Of a DNA stretch of 64,000 nucleotides, positions 1 through 9,659 are shown piece after piece. Both the position numbers and the translations under genes were made by a program. How positions within the stretch are numbered: the first letter of the stretch is position 1; each line of letters begins with the position of its first letter. Where the stretch lies: positions 96,001 through 160,000 of the forward strand of contig CAVSQW010000013.1 of NCBI GenBank assembly GCA_963730185.1. Direction: 5' to 3'. The DNA is from an uncultured Gemmatimonadales bacterium (GTDB lineage: Bacteria > Gemmatimonadota > Gemmatimonadetes > Gemmatimonadales > GWC2-71-9). The notes below the pieces were generated by a model. The model ran no database searches. It saw only the letters and a program-made list of their open reading frames with translations, and was not told where the DNA came from.

Positions 1-1475
1 AGGCTTGACGGCGCTCCGGCGTAGCAGCTCGAGGTGGGGCGCGATGACCCCGGCGAACTGGGTGGCGGCGGCGGCCGTGTCGCGCGGCGAGCCGAATTCG
101 GTCGCGTCCAGCACCATCGCGCCGACGGTCCGTTCCGCCACCCGGAGCGCGACTGCCAGCTCCGAGCCCTCCCGATGCTGCACTACCGTCCAGAGCCGCT
201 CGCCTTCCAGCACCGGCCGGGTCGGCAGGGTCTCGATCAAGTGAACCGGCAGATCGTGGAGCGGCCGGATGGCGTCGGGCGTGAGCTCCACGACTTCGGT
301 CTCCGACCAGCGAAGCTGGAAGCGAAGGCCGGTGTGCGGGATCAGCTCGCGGATCTCCGTGCTCACCAGGTGCAGCGCCTCCCCCAGATGGGTAGTTCCG
401 GCCAGCGCCTCCGCGGCGCGGAGCACCGGGAGCGACGGGGCCTGGAGGACTTCCAGCTGTCCCCGGAGCGCGTGCACCTCGCTCTCCAACCGGAGCGCCC
501 ACACCCGGGCGCTCACCAGCCGGGCCACGACTTGGGCGAGCTCCTCGTCCGACGGCCGGTACACGTCCGCGGCCGCGTGGCCGAAGAGCACGAGGCCGAT
601 GGTCTCGTCGCCGATGGTGAGCCGGGCGCCCAGCATCGACGCGACCCGGGTCGGCCCGTTGGTTCCGCCCGGCCAGGAGAGGCCCGGCGCTTCGGCATTG
701 AGGTCGGCGATCGTGCCGGTCGACTCGGCCCCGAGGAAGTCGTTCACCAACCGGGCCAGGTCGGCCCAAGTCGCGGCGTTCGCGCCCCAGCGCCGGCGAG
801 GCGCCAGCCCGCTCAAGGGCAGGGCCGCCCGTTTCCGTTCGCGAACGCCAGGAGCTCGAGCCGGTCGTGCGGCAGATGGGTGTGGAGGAGCCCGCTCAGC
901 TGCCGCACCAGCTCCGGCCCGCTCGGAGCGCTGATTGCGACCTCGGCGATCGTGGCGGGCAGTTCGTCCTGGTCGACGGTCCGGGTGATCGCGTTGGCCC
1001 CGCCCGACGCGGTGAGCGAGCGGCCGAGGGCGTCGAGCGTCGGAGCCAGCTGGCGCGAGAGCCCCTGGAGTCGGCGAATGGCCCGGGGCCCGTACGCCCC
1101 GGCCTCGAAGGTCCCGAAGAGCGCGATCCCGACGGTGCGATCCTGGCCCGTGACCGGCACGGCCACGGCCGAGGCATACTGCGCCCGGCGGAGCGTCTCC
1201 TCGAGCTCGAACAGCTGGTCCTGGGACAGGAACGGATCCGGCTCGGGTGGCGTGAGCCGGTCTTCGGCCAGGGCCTCCGGCCCGAGCAGCACGGCGCCGC
1301 CCCGGCTGGAGTAGACCCAGAGTCCGAACAACTGGTGGGGGACCTCCGCCCCGATCAGATTCCCCAGAGCCATGTGCCAGGTCGAGATCGCGACGGGATC
1401 GGGCACGCCGGAGGAGAGATCCAGGACGGGAGCGAGGATCTCGGGCGGGGTCTGGGGAACGTTGAGGCCGGTCAT
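1..1475 (-). CDS. Multi-GAF-like domain protein, 3' end beyond window, interrupted by a 1-nt frameshift at ~828-830
   Basis: ORF 813..1475 has a GAF-like segment (SAVAVPVTGQDRTVGIALFG). Adding one G to the GGG run on the minus strand (aac ggg [g]cg gcc ctg) gives an open frame to base 1 with two more GAF-like segments (SMLGARLTIGDETIGLVLFGH; LAVALRVAERTVGAMVL). Confidence 0.65.
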
Positions 1476-1589
1476 GGCGTATTTTCGGGTAGCAGAAGCT
1501 ATGCCCGTGAGGGCAATTCCGCTAACTTGTTGTGGAGTAACAACTTGAACGGTTCTTACGGGAGCCGGATGGAGAAGGAGTTCCGCAAA

Positions 1590-1796
1590 ATGGCGTCTCT
1601 CACGCTACAGATCGAAGGAATGAGCTGCGGCCACTGCCTGAACGCGGTCAACAAGGCGCTCACCGAGCTCGACGGGGTCACGATCAAAGAGGTGCGGATG
1701 GGGCGGGCGGAGGTGGAGTACGATCCCGCCAAGGTCGACCAGGGGAAGATCGTCGGGGCGGTGAGCGAGGCGGGGTACCAGGCGACGGCGGCGTGA
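1590..1796 (+). CDS. copZ: Heavy-metal-associated (HMA) domain metallochaperone, CopZ-like, 68 aa
   Basis: GMSCGHC (MxCxxC) motif and C-terminal AGY; AAGGAG SD upstream of ATG 1590. Confidence 0.88.
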   Translation: MASLTLQIEGMSCGHCLNAVNKALTELDGVTIKEVRMGRAEVEYDPAKVDQGKIVGAVSEAGYQATAA

Positions 1797-1803
1797 GCAG
1801 CTG

Positions 1804-2043
1804 ATGAGCCACCGTCTCCAGACCTACGAGACGCCCGAGATCGTGGTCACCTTCGATCCGAACGTCTGCATTCACTCGGGCAACTGCGTTCGGGGGCTCC
1901 CGACCGTGTTCGACGTGTCCCGGCGCCGCTGGGTGGCGCCTGAGGCCGCTGCGGCCCAGGCGGTCGAGGCCCAGATCGCCCGGTGCCCGTCGGGCGCGCT
2001 CCAGTGCCATCGGCAGGGGCCTGACGGCGCTGATTCTGCCTGA
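1804..2043 (+). CDS. Small divergent 4Fe-4S mono-cluster protein (YjdI/Fer4_19-like)
   Basis: CIHSGNC...VFD...RW...CPSGAL pattern; starts 7 nt after copZ. Confidence 0.82.
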   Translation: MSHRLQTYETPEIVVTFDPNVCIHSGNCVRGLPTVFDVSRRRWVAPEAAAAQAVEAQIARCPSGALQCHRQGPDGADSA

Positions 2044-2101
2044 GCGCCGCGATCGGCGAGCTGCCTAACTCCGGTGGCGATCCTCCACCGGCTTCGAGCG
2101 G

Positions 2102-4804
2102 TCAGTCGGCTTTGAGGGCCTGAATCGGCTCGACCCGCGAGGCGCGCCAGGCCGGCACGGCGCCGGCCGCGAGGCCCACGACCAGGAGGACGCCCGCCGC
2201 GAGCAGCAGGCTCGCGGGGTCGCGAGGCGAGACGCCGGAGAGCAGCCCCCGGACCAGGTTGGCGGCGGGCCACGCCAGCGCCAGGCCCGCCGCGAGTCCG
2301 ACCAGCACGATGCCGAGCGTGTCGCGAAGCACCAGCCAGCGGACGCCGCGTGCCCCGGCTCCGAGGGCGATCCGGATCCCGAGCTCGTTGGTCCGGCGAG
2401 CCACCGAGTAGGTCATGACCCCGTAGAGACCCACCGCCGCGAGCAGCAGGGCCAGGGCCCCGAAGAGTCGGGCCATCTCCGCCGCCATCCGACGCTCGGC
2501 CAACTGCCGCTCGAGCAGATCCGCGACCGAGGCGACCTCCCGGACCGGGAGCGAGCGGTCCACCCCGCCGATCGCCCGGCGAATCGCCGGGGCCAATGCG
2601 GCCGCCGAGCCGTCGACCCGCACTTCGACGCTGGACATGACGACCTCAGGCGCTTGGAGCGCCGCCAGATACACCATTTTGGGCGGCTCCTCCGTCAGGG
2701 AGTTGAACCGGGCGTCGGCCGCCACGCCTGCGATCTCCAGGTTGGCCGTCCCGTCGAAGCCGAATCGCCGTCCGACCACGGCCTCGGTGCCGAAGAAGTA
2801 CCGCGCCGCCGAGCGGCTCACCACCGCGAGCCGGCGGCTGCTGTCCCGGTCGGCAGGTGTGAAGGCCCGTCCGGTTACGATCGGGATGCCGGTCGTGGCG
2901 AAGAAGTCCGGGGTGACGTACTCGATCTGCGCGTCCGGATCCCACTCGGGGCCGTGGGACCTCCCCGGGACGTCGAACGACATGGTCATCGACGAGCCGG
3001 ATCCGATCGCGTAGGCCGAGAGGCTCGCCGATCGAATCCCGGGAAGGGCCCGGACCGCGTCCAGCAGGCGCTGGTGCAGGGCGGGGAGCTGGTCGGGCCG
3101 GTAGCCGGCGGCCCTGGAGTCGAAGCGCGCCGCGAGCAGCCCCTGGCGGGCGTAACCCGGGTCGAGCGTGGTGAGGTGATGAAAGGTGCGGGCGAAGAGC
3201 GCCGCGAGCACCACCAGCACGAGGGAGAGTGCCACCTGTCCCGCGACCAGCGCCCGACCGGCCCTGAGCCGGTCCGCGGCGGCCCGGCCCGCCGAACGGA
3301 GCTCGCCGAACGGCCGACTCGCGGCGACCCTGAGCGCCGGCGCCAGCCCGAACAAGAGGCCGGTCAGCACGGACACCGCCGCCGCGAAGGCCAGCAAGCG
3401 GCCGTCGAAGGGTACCTCGAGCGAGATCGGCGTGGTTGGCCCGGAGGCGCTCCGGACGAGCGCCGCCGCACCCACCCGAGCGACGAACAGGCTCGCGGCG
3501 CCGCCGAGCAGCGCCAGGACCAGCGACTCGGTCAGGACCTGCCGGACCAGGCGGGCTCGCCCCGCGCCCAGCGCGATCCGGATGCTCATCTCCTGGCGCC
3601 GAGCGGCGCTCCGAGCCAGGAGCAGGCTGGCCAGGTTGGCGCAGGTGATGAGGAGTACCAGTCCGACCGTGATCATCAAGGCCACCAGCGGATCGGCCAG
3701 CTGGTCCCGAAGGCCGGAGACGCCCCGATCGGCGCGTTCCAGCGCCACGTGTTCCCGGAGCCGGAACTCCCGGGTCGCGGAGTCGGCGCCGGCGAGTTGA
3801 TCTTCGAGGCTCGCCCGGTAGACCTGGGCCAGACGGGCCTCGACCGACGCCACCGGCTGGCCGGCCGGGATGCGGGTCAGGAGCCAGAGCCACCGGATGC
3901 CCGCTTGGGGCCACCACGGCTTCAGGAAGTCGGCATCGTCCGCCGACGCGTTGCCGAGGTACTTCAGGTCGGCCTGAAGGCCGAGGGGGAGCCAGAGGTC
4001 GGGCGTCTCGCCGGTGGCCACCCCGAAGAAGCCGGGCTCGGTCACCCCGATCACGGTGACGGCGGCACCGTTGACCCGGATGGTCGAGCCCACCACGCCG
4101 GGATCGCGGCCGAACCGGCTGGTCCAGTAGCGATGGCTCAGCACCACGACCGGCGCGGCCGACGCTCCCTGGTCGTCGCCCGGGCCGATCAGCCGGCCGA
4201 CCGCGGGCTGGACGCCGAGAAACGGAAACCAGCTTCCGGCGACCAGCTGGCCCGACGCCGTCTCCGGGAGATCGCCGATGGTGGCGTAGAGGCGAAAGCG
4301 GGGCGCGAACGAAGTGAGGTGGGCGGAGTCGGGCAGCGCCGCGGCGAACTGGCCGAGCTCGGCGGCCGAGAACCGGTTGCCCCGATGGTTGGCGTCGTCG
4401 AGGCCGACCCGCCGGATCAGCTCGATCTCGGCCGGGCGCTCGACCGGGAGGGAACGGAGAAGGAGCCCGTCGATGACCCCGAACACCGCCGTGTTGGCGC
4501 CGATTCCGATGGCGAGCGTGAGCATCGCGGCGGCCGCGAAGCCCGGCGCGCGGCGGAGGCCCCGAAGAGCGTAGCGGACATCGGCCCACCAGTCCGTGAG
4601 CCAACGGGCGGCCCCGACGTCGCGGGTGGCCTCCTTCACCTGCGCCACCCCGCCCAGGGACAGCCGAGCCTGTCGGCGGGCCTCGGCGGGCGACAGGCCG
4701 CCGGCCTCGAGCCGTCGCTGGTGCTCTTCGAGGTGAAAGGCGAGCTCGCGATCGAGGTCGTGCTCGAAGCGGTCGCGGCGGAGAAGGCGGCGGAGCCGGC
4801 GCAT
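2102..4804 (-). CDS. ADOP-type duplicated ABC/FtsX-MacB permease with N-terminal helical prefix domain
   Basis: ELAFHLE...EARRQA prefix, LAIGIGANTAVF, CANLASLLLAR, RRTNELGIRIALGA, PAWRASRVEPIQAL; two MacB_PCD+FtsX halves and no ATPase domain. Confidence 0.92.
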   Translation of the reverse strand: MRRLRRLLRRDRFEHDLDRELAFHLEEHQRRLEAGGLSPAEARRQARLSLGGVAQVKEATRDVGAARWLTDWWADVRYALRGLRRAPGFAAAAMLTLAIGIGANTAVFGVIDGLLLRSLPVERPAEIELIRRVGLDDANHRGNRFSAAELGQFAAALPDSAHLTSFAPRFRLYATIGDLPETASGQLVAGSWFPFLGVQPAVGRLIGPGDDQGASAAPVVVLSHRYWTSRFGRDPGVVGSTIRVNGAAVTVIGVTEPGFFGVATGETPDLWLPLGLQADLKYLGNASADDADFLKPWWPQAGIRWLWLLTRIPAGQPVASVEARLAQVYRASLEDQLAGADSATREFRLREHVALERADRGVSGLRDQLADPLVALMITVGLVLLITCANLASLLLARSAARRQEMSIRIALGAGRARLVRQVLTESLVLALLGGAASLFVARVGAAALVRSASGPTTPISLEVPFDGRLLAFAAAVSVLTGLLFGLAPALRVAASRPFGELRSAGRAAADRLRAGRALVAGQVALSLVLVVLAALFARTFHHLTTLDPGYARQGLLAARFDSRAAGYRPDQLPALHQRLLDAVRALPGIRSASLSAYAIGSGSSMTMSFDVPGRSHGPEWDPDAQIEYVTPDFFATTGIPIVTGRAFTPADRDSSRRLAVVSRSAARYFFGTEAVVGRRFGFDGTANLEIAGVAADARFNSLTEEPPKMVYLAALQAPEVVMSSVEVRVDGSAAALAPAIRRAIGGVDRSLPVREVASVADLLERQLAERRMAAEMARLFGALALLLAAVGLYGVMTYSVARRTNELGIRIALGAGARGVRWLVLRDTLGIVLVGLAAGLALAWPAANLVRGLLSGVSPRDPASLLLAAGVLLVVGLAAGAVPAWRASRVEPIQALKAD

Positions 4805-4812
4805 ACCAAGAC

Positions 4813-4841
4813 ACTCTACCCGTTAATAGGCAGAATGTCTA
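4813..4841 (-). promoter_or_regulatory. Putative sigma70 promoter TAGACA-N17-TAGAGT for the ADOP at 4804 (near-leaderless)
   Basis: -35 at 4836-4841, -10 at 4813-4818, 17-bp spacer, 8 nt to ATG, no SD. Confidence 0.5.
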
Positions 4842-4880
4842 GGTGTCGACTCCGGCTCCCGGTCGGGCCGATCGCCGCGG

Positions 4881-4909
4881 CCAACCCTGGCGGCGAGCGG
4901 TCTGTCTAA
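4881..4909 (+). promoter_or_regulatory. Putative ECF-sigma promoter CCAACCC-N16-GTCTAA
   Basis: Same bipartite motif recurs at 8423-8451, 28805-28834 and 46058-46086; 41 nt upstream of ATG 4951. Confidence 0.6.
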
Positions 4910-4950
4910 GGAGCGACTCGTCGCCCCCATCCCTCTCGTCCGGACGGACC

Positions 4951-5859
4951 ATGATTCGCATCGTTCACCTGTCGCTGCTCCTGATCCTCCCGTCCACCGT
5001 TACCCTGGCGCAATCGGCTCCGGACACCACCTACCAGGTGCCGTTCCGGGCCGAGCGAATCGACCTTCCGCGCTCGGTCAACGGGATCGCCTATCGGCTC
5101 CTGGTTCGGAAGCCGCTCCGCGAGGCCGAGCCGGGCGAGCGGGCGATCGCGATCTACCTGCTCGACGCCCAGTGGAACCTGCCGGCCGTCGCCACGATGG
5201 AAGCGAACTACGAGGTACTGGGCCACACTCCGCCGATCTACTTCGTCGGGGTCGGATACCAGAACGAGGCGGCGGGGACGCCGTTGGAGTCGAACCGGAC
5301 TCGCGACTACACGCCGACGGCGTTCCACCCGGCCGACCCAGCCCGTCATTTCCTCAAGCCGGTCGACTACGACGGGTCGGGTGGCGCCGACGCCTTTCTC
5401 GACGTCCTGGCCCGCGAGGTGATCCCGGCGGTGGAGGCGCGGTACCCGGTCGATTCGACCCGGCGAGCTCTGGTCGGGAAGTCGATGGGCGGGTTGCTGA
5501 CGGCCCATGCGCTGCTGGCCCGGCCCGGTCTCTTCACCGACTATCTGATCATTTCGCCGGCCATCTGGTGGGACGACTACTTCCTCGACTTCCGCGACCG
5601 GGCCGTGAACCGGGAGGAGCGGGCCACCCACGACCGCCGGCTTGACCGGCCGACCCGGGTCTGGATCGGGATGGGCGACGGTGAAGAGCGACTCGGGATG
5701 CTGGCGGATGTCTACGTGCTGGCCCGCTCGCTCCGGCTTCGGAACGACCCCAACCTCGACCTTACCGTGAGGGTCCTGCCCGGCGAGATCCATGAGAGTG
5801 TCTTCGCGCCGGCGTTCGCGGCGGGGTTCCGGGCCTTGTTCACCCGTTCCCGCCGCTGA
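4951..5859 (+). CDS. Secreted alpha/beta hydrolase (putative esterase, IroE/Fes-like family)
   Basis: Signal peptide (MIRIVHLSLLLILPSTVTLAQ), RTRDYTP, GGADAFL, nucleophile elbow GKSMGG, C-terminal His (GEIHES). Confidence 0.85.
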   Translation: MIRIVHLSLLLILPSTVTLAQSAPDTTYQVPFRAERIDLPRSVNGIAYRLLVRKPLREAEPGERAIAIYLLDAQWNLPAVATMEANYEVLGHTPPIYFVGVGYQNEAAGTPLESNRTRDYTPTAFHPADPARHFLKPVDYDGSGGADAFLDVLAREVIPAVEARYPVDSTRRALVGKSMGGLLTAHALLARPGLFTDYLIISPAIWWDDYFLDFRDRAVNREERATHDRRLDRPTRVWIGMGDGEERLGMLADVYVLARSLRLRNDPNLDLTVRVLPGEIHESVFAPAFAAGFRALFTRSRR

Positions 5860-5862
5860 GCG

Positions 5863-8379
5863 TTACTCGGCTCGGAGCGCCTCCGTCGGCGGGATTCGGG
5901 AGGCGCGGCGGGCCGGGATGAGTCCGGCACCAAGCGCCACCACCGCGATGGCGGCGGCGGCGCCGACGAAGGCCACGGCATCGAAGCCCGTCAGGCCATA
6001 GAGCAGCGACTGTGCGGCCCGGCCGATGCCGAGAGCGGCCGTGAACCCGATGGCCCCGCCGATCAGCACCATCCAGGCCACCTGCCGGACGATGAGGGTC
6101 TGGACCCGCTGGCGGTCGGCGCCGAGCGCCATGCGGACCCCGATCTCGCGGGTCCTGAGGGTCACGTTGTAGGCCAGGACGCCGTAGAGGCCGATCGCGG
6201 CCAACAAGGTGGCCAGGATGGCGAACGCGGCGGAGAGAGTGCTGATCATCCGGTCCAGGTAGACGTTCTCTTCCACCGTTTGGGGCAGGGTGGTGAGGTC
6301 GGCCACCGGAAGGTTCGGGTCGAGCTTGGCGACCAGCGGCGGAACGGCCCGGACCACGGAGGCGGGCGCGATCCGGGTTCGGACGTAGAAGACCAGGCGG
6401 GTCTGGTTGGTGTCCTGCCTCGCCGCGCTGAAGAAGAGCGGCTCGGGCTCGTCCATCTTGACCCGGTTGTAGGCGGAGTTGCGGACCACGCCCACGATCT
6501 GATAGTCCCGCCGCCCGTCACCCGGTTTGTGGGGGATGAGCGGATTTCCTTCGGTCACCCGCTTGCCGATCGCGCCGGAGCCGAGCTTGAACTGCTTGAC
6601 GAACTGCTCGTTCACCACGGCCACCAGCGGCGAGCCGGGCCCGTCCGCATCGGTGAATTCCCGACCTTGGAGGATCGGAATTCCCAGGGTCTTGAAGTAG
6701 TCGGTTCCGATCGCATTCGTCCGGGTGTTGGCGTCGGTGGTGATCGAGGCCTGGAAGCCCTCGACATCGACATCCGTCCCGTTGCTCCATCCCACCAGGA
6801 TCGGAACCTGCGCGCTGGTCACCCCGGTCACCCCGGGGATCGCCGCCAGCTCGGTCTTGAGCCGCTCGAATAGGGCCGCGCTCCGCGACCAGTCGTAGCC
6901 CATCTGCCCCGGTGAGACCGCGAAGCTCACCACGCTGTCGATGCGGACTCCGAGGTCCACCCGATTCACGTTGGCCAGGCTCCGGAGGAAGAGCCCGGCC
7001 GAGCAGAGGAGCGCCATGGAGAGCGTGATCTGGGCCGTGACCAGCGCGTTCCGGAACCGGCTCGCTCCCCGCCCGGCGGAGCCCCGCCCGGCGGCCGACT
7101 TGATCACGCTGAGGAGGTCGGGCCGGGTGGCCTGGAGCGCGGGCAGGAGCCCGAACAGGAAGGTGGCGCCGAGGGCCAGGCCGGCGGCGAAGAGCAGAAC
7201 CGGTCCGTCGAGCCCGAAGTCGATGCTTTGGGTCAGCTGCTGCGGTAGGAACGAGGTGATGAGGCGGAGCGTCCCCACGGCCACCAGGAGGCTCAACCCC
7301 CCGGCAATCACGGCGAGGATTGCCGATTCCACCAGGAGCTGTCCGACCAACGTCGCCCGGTTGGCGCCCAGCGACGACCGGACCGCCATCTCCGAGGCCC
7401 GCCCGGCGGCTCGCGCCAAGAGCAGGTTGGCGACGTTGGTGCAGGCCACCAGCAGTACGATCGCGGTGACCGCCAGGAGCAGGAACAACGGCGTGCTGGT
7501 CTGGGCCCGGAGGCCGCTCTGGCCCTGATTGCCGGGCGTGAACCGGACCACCTTCTTCTTGAACCGCTCCAGGGTCTGATCCGAGACGCCCTTCTGGAGC
7601 GGGACCTCCACGTCGTTGACGATCGAGTGGTAGAGCGTGTTGACCGCGGCCAGCGCCTTCGCCTCGGACACGCCGGGGGCCGGGCGTCCGAAGAGGTAGA
7701 GCCAGTACCTGGTTCGGTCGTCGCTCGCCTTGAGCCATGATATCTGGCCGATCATGGTGAGCGGTAAGAAGACCCGAGGCCGGGAGCCGAGGGTGGTGCC
7801 GTCGAAGCCCGCCGGGGCCACGCCGACCACCGTCAGGGCCTTGCCATTGACCAGGATGGTCTGGTCGAGCACGCCTGGATCCGCGCCCAACTCGGTGGTC
7901 CAGTAGCGGTAGCTCAGCACGACGACGGGGTCGCCGTCGATCGTCCGGTCGTCCTCGGGGCCCAGCAGGCGCCCCAGCGCTGGCTTGAGCCCGAGGACCG
8001 GGAAGTACGAGCCCGACACCGCAACCCCTTCGCCGCTCAGCGACTTGCCCTTGAACGACAGATCGGCGCCGATCAGTCGGTGCCCGGCGAGGGTGATCAG
8101 GTCCTGACCCTTCTGGAGGTCCCGGAACATCGGGTAGCTGAAGATCACGTCGCAGCCGCCGGCCTGGTTGCAGCTCTGAGACCCGGGATTTGGGCCTTCG
8201 GCCAGGACGTTGACCAGACCGTCGGGATTCACGACCGGCAGCGACTGAAGCATGACCCGCTGGATCAGCGAGAAGATGGCGGTGTTGGCGCCGATCCCGA
8301 GGGCGAGGGATCCGATGGCGACGGCGGTGACGAAGGGGCTCCGGGTCAGCGTGCGGACGGCCAGTCTTAGGTTCGGCAT
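5863..8379 (-). CDS. ADOP-type duplicated permease without prefix domain
   Basis: Starts MPNLRLAVRTL at 8379; [52 protein letters not shown]. Confidence 0.92.
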   Translation of the reverse strand: MPNLRLAVRTLTRSPFVTAVAIGSLALGIGANTAIFSLIQRVMLQSLPVVNPDGLVNVLAEGPNPGSQSCNQAGGCDVIFSYPMFRDLQKGQDLITLAGHRLIGADLSFKGKSLSGEGVAVSGSYFPVLGLKPALGRLLGPEDDRTIDGDPVVVLSYRYWTTELGADPGVLDQTILVNGKALTVVGVAPAGFDGTTLGSRPRVFLPLTMIGQISWLKASDDRTRYWLYLFGRPAPGVSEAKALAAVNTLYHSIVNDVEVPLQKGVSDQTLERFKKKVVRFTPGNQGQSGLRAQTSTPLFLLLAVTAIVLLVACTNVANLLLARAAGRASEMAVRSSLGANRATLVGQLLVESAILAVIAGGLSLLVAVGTLRLITSFLPQQLTQSIDFGLDGPVLLFAAGLALGATFLFGLLPALQATRPDLLSVIKSAAGRGSAGRGASRFRNALVTAQITLSMALLCSAGLFLRSLANVNRVDLGVRIDSVVSFAVSPGQMGYDWSRSAALFERLKTELAAIPGVTGVTSAQVPILVGWSNGTDVDVEGFQASITTDANTRTNAIGTDYFKTLGIPILQGREFTDADGPGSPLVAVVNEQFVKQFKLGSGAIGKRVTEGNPLIPHKPGDGRRDYQIVGVVRNSAYNRVKMDEPEPLFFSAARQDTNQTRLVFYVRTRIAPASVVRAVPPLVAKLDPNLPVADLTTLPQTVEENVYLDRMISTLSAAFAILATLLAAIGLYGVLAYNVTLRTREIGVRMALGADRQRVQTLIVRQVAWMVLIGGAIGFTAALGIGRAAQSLLYGLTGFDAVAFVGAAAAIAVVALGAGLIPARRASRIPPTEALRAE

Positions 8380-8422
8380 TTCGGGCTTTGGCGGCGTGGG
8401 CGGACGAGTCGGGCGACATCGG

Positions 8423-8451
8423 TTAGACTCGCCCAGCCAGCCGATCGTTGC
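8423..8451 (-). promoter_or_regulatory. Putative ECF-sigma promoter GCAACGA-N16-GTCTAA(CCGA)
   Basis: Shares GCAACG and GTCTAACCGA at identical spacing with the 46058 copy. Confidence 0.65.
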
Positions 8452-8471
8452 CTCCCGACCGGCCGAGCCGA

Positions 8472-9500
8472 CTAGGGGCCCCCGAGCAGCCCCGCGATGC
8501 GCCGGTGAAAGCGCTCGGCACAGGCCTGAATCGAGAGGGTCGCCAGATGGGGTGGTGGGGAAGGCGAAGTGGGGTGGTCCAGCGCCGCCGCGAGATGTCG
8601 GGCCAGGGTCGCGGGGTCGTCGGGATCGAAGTATCGGGCCGCGTCGCCGACGAACTGGCGGTGGGGCGGAATGTCGGAGACGATCACTGGACGGCGCATG
8701 GCCAAGCCCTCCAGCGGCGTCAGGCCGAGGCCTTCGAATCGGCTCGGGCACACGACCACCGCGGCCTGGCGGTAGGCCTCGACGACGGCCTGGTCCGACG
8801 TCCATCCCCCCGCGAGGTCCAGGCTCACCCCGAGTTCCCGGGCGAGGCGCCGGAGGGCCGGCGCCTCGGGCCCGTGGCCGATGATCCGAACCCGGGCCGG
8901 CCGACCCAGTCCCGCGACCGCCCGAAGCAGGGTCGCATGGTTCTTCTGGGGCACCAGGCGCGACACCGAGAGGATGACGGGTGGGGTACCCATGGGACCG
9001 CTCCGCTCGCCCGCCGCGTCGGGATCGCCGCCACCCGTCTCTTCGGGGAGCGCCTGGAACCGGTCGCTGTCATAGCAGAAGGGCACCAGCTCCGCTCGCA
9101 CCTCGAACCGGGCCAAGAGGTCGTCCAGGGTCTGTTGGGAGGGGGCCCAGACCTGGAGGGCGCGGCGCGCCACGTAGCGATTCCGGCTCAGGAATCCGGG
9201 TCGTTCAGCGTAGCCGCCGATCAGCCGGGGCAGCTTACGAATCCGGCCGGCCGCGAAGAAGATCAAGTCGGGCCGACCCTGGCCCAGCCACCACGGTGGC
9301 AGGTCCCACAGGTAGACGACCAGCGGCACCCGATGGCGAGCCGCGTACTCGTACCCGCGGACCGCGTTGGTGCCGTCGGCGGCGAGCGCCAGTCGGGCGG
9401 GCGCGTTGCCCTCGAGCGAGATCCGGAGGCCCGCCTCGCGGAGCAAGGGCACCGGAAGGGTGCAGTATCGATTGGGCGCGAACCACCGGACATCGTCCAT
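8472..9500 (-). CDS. Glycosyltransferase family 4 (GT-B)
   Basis: VSRLVPQKN, CPSRFEGLGLTPLEGLA (ExxxxxxxE), VIVSDIP. ATG 9500 is preferred because the TTG at 9572 lies within a TTGACG-N18-TACGCT promoter. Confidence 0.85.
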   Translation of the reverse strand: MDDVRWFAPNRYCTLPVPLLREAGLRISLEGNAPARLALAADGTNAVRGYEYAARHRVPLVVYLWDLPPWWLGQGRPDLIFFAAGRIRKLPRLIGGYAERPGFLSRNRYVARRALQVWAPSQQTLDDLLARFEVRAELVPFCYDSDRFQALPEETGGGDPDAAGERSGPMGTPPVILSVSRLVPQKNHATLLRAVAGLGRPARVRIIGHGPEAPALRRLARELGVSLDLAGGWTSDQAVVEAYRQAAVVVCPSRFEGLGLTPLEGLAMRRPVIVSDIPPHRQFVGDAARYFDPDDPATLARHLAAALDHPTSPSPPPHLATLSIQACAERFHRRIAGLLGGP

Positions 9501-9542
9501 CGGCAGACCGTTCAGTGGGTCCCCGGCGTGGGGCGCCGGCCA

Positions 9543-9572
9543 AGCGTAGCCCCGGGGGTGGAGGTCCGTCAA
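9543..9572 (-). promoter_or_regulatory. Putative sigma70 promoter TTGACG-N18-TACGCT
   Basis: -35 at 9567-9572, -10 at 9543-9548, upstream of the glycosyltransferase. Confidence 0.45.
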
Positions 9573-9659
9573 ATGTCGGACGGGCCTCCCCGATCGCCTT
9601 CGGTTTGGCCGACCGCCGGCTCATATTGTCGGTTCTTCGATCCCTCGGAGGATGGCGTC

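Noticed and set aside
2646..4909. 722-aa and 751-aa ORFs overlapping the first ADOP, and similar long Arg/Gly/Pro-rich ORFs elsewhere (e.g. 14916-17189, 46003-48252, 48744-51233)
   Set aside because: Expected stop-poor alternative frames in high-GC DNA; no motifs; fully overlapped by well-supported genes.
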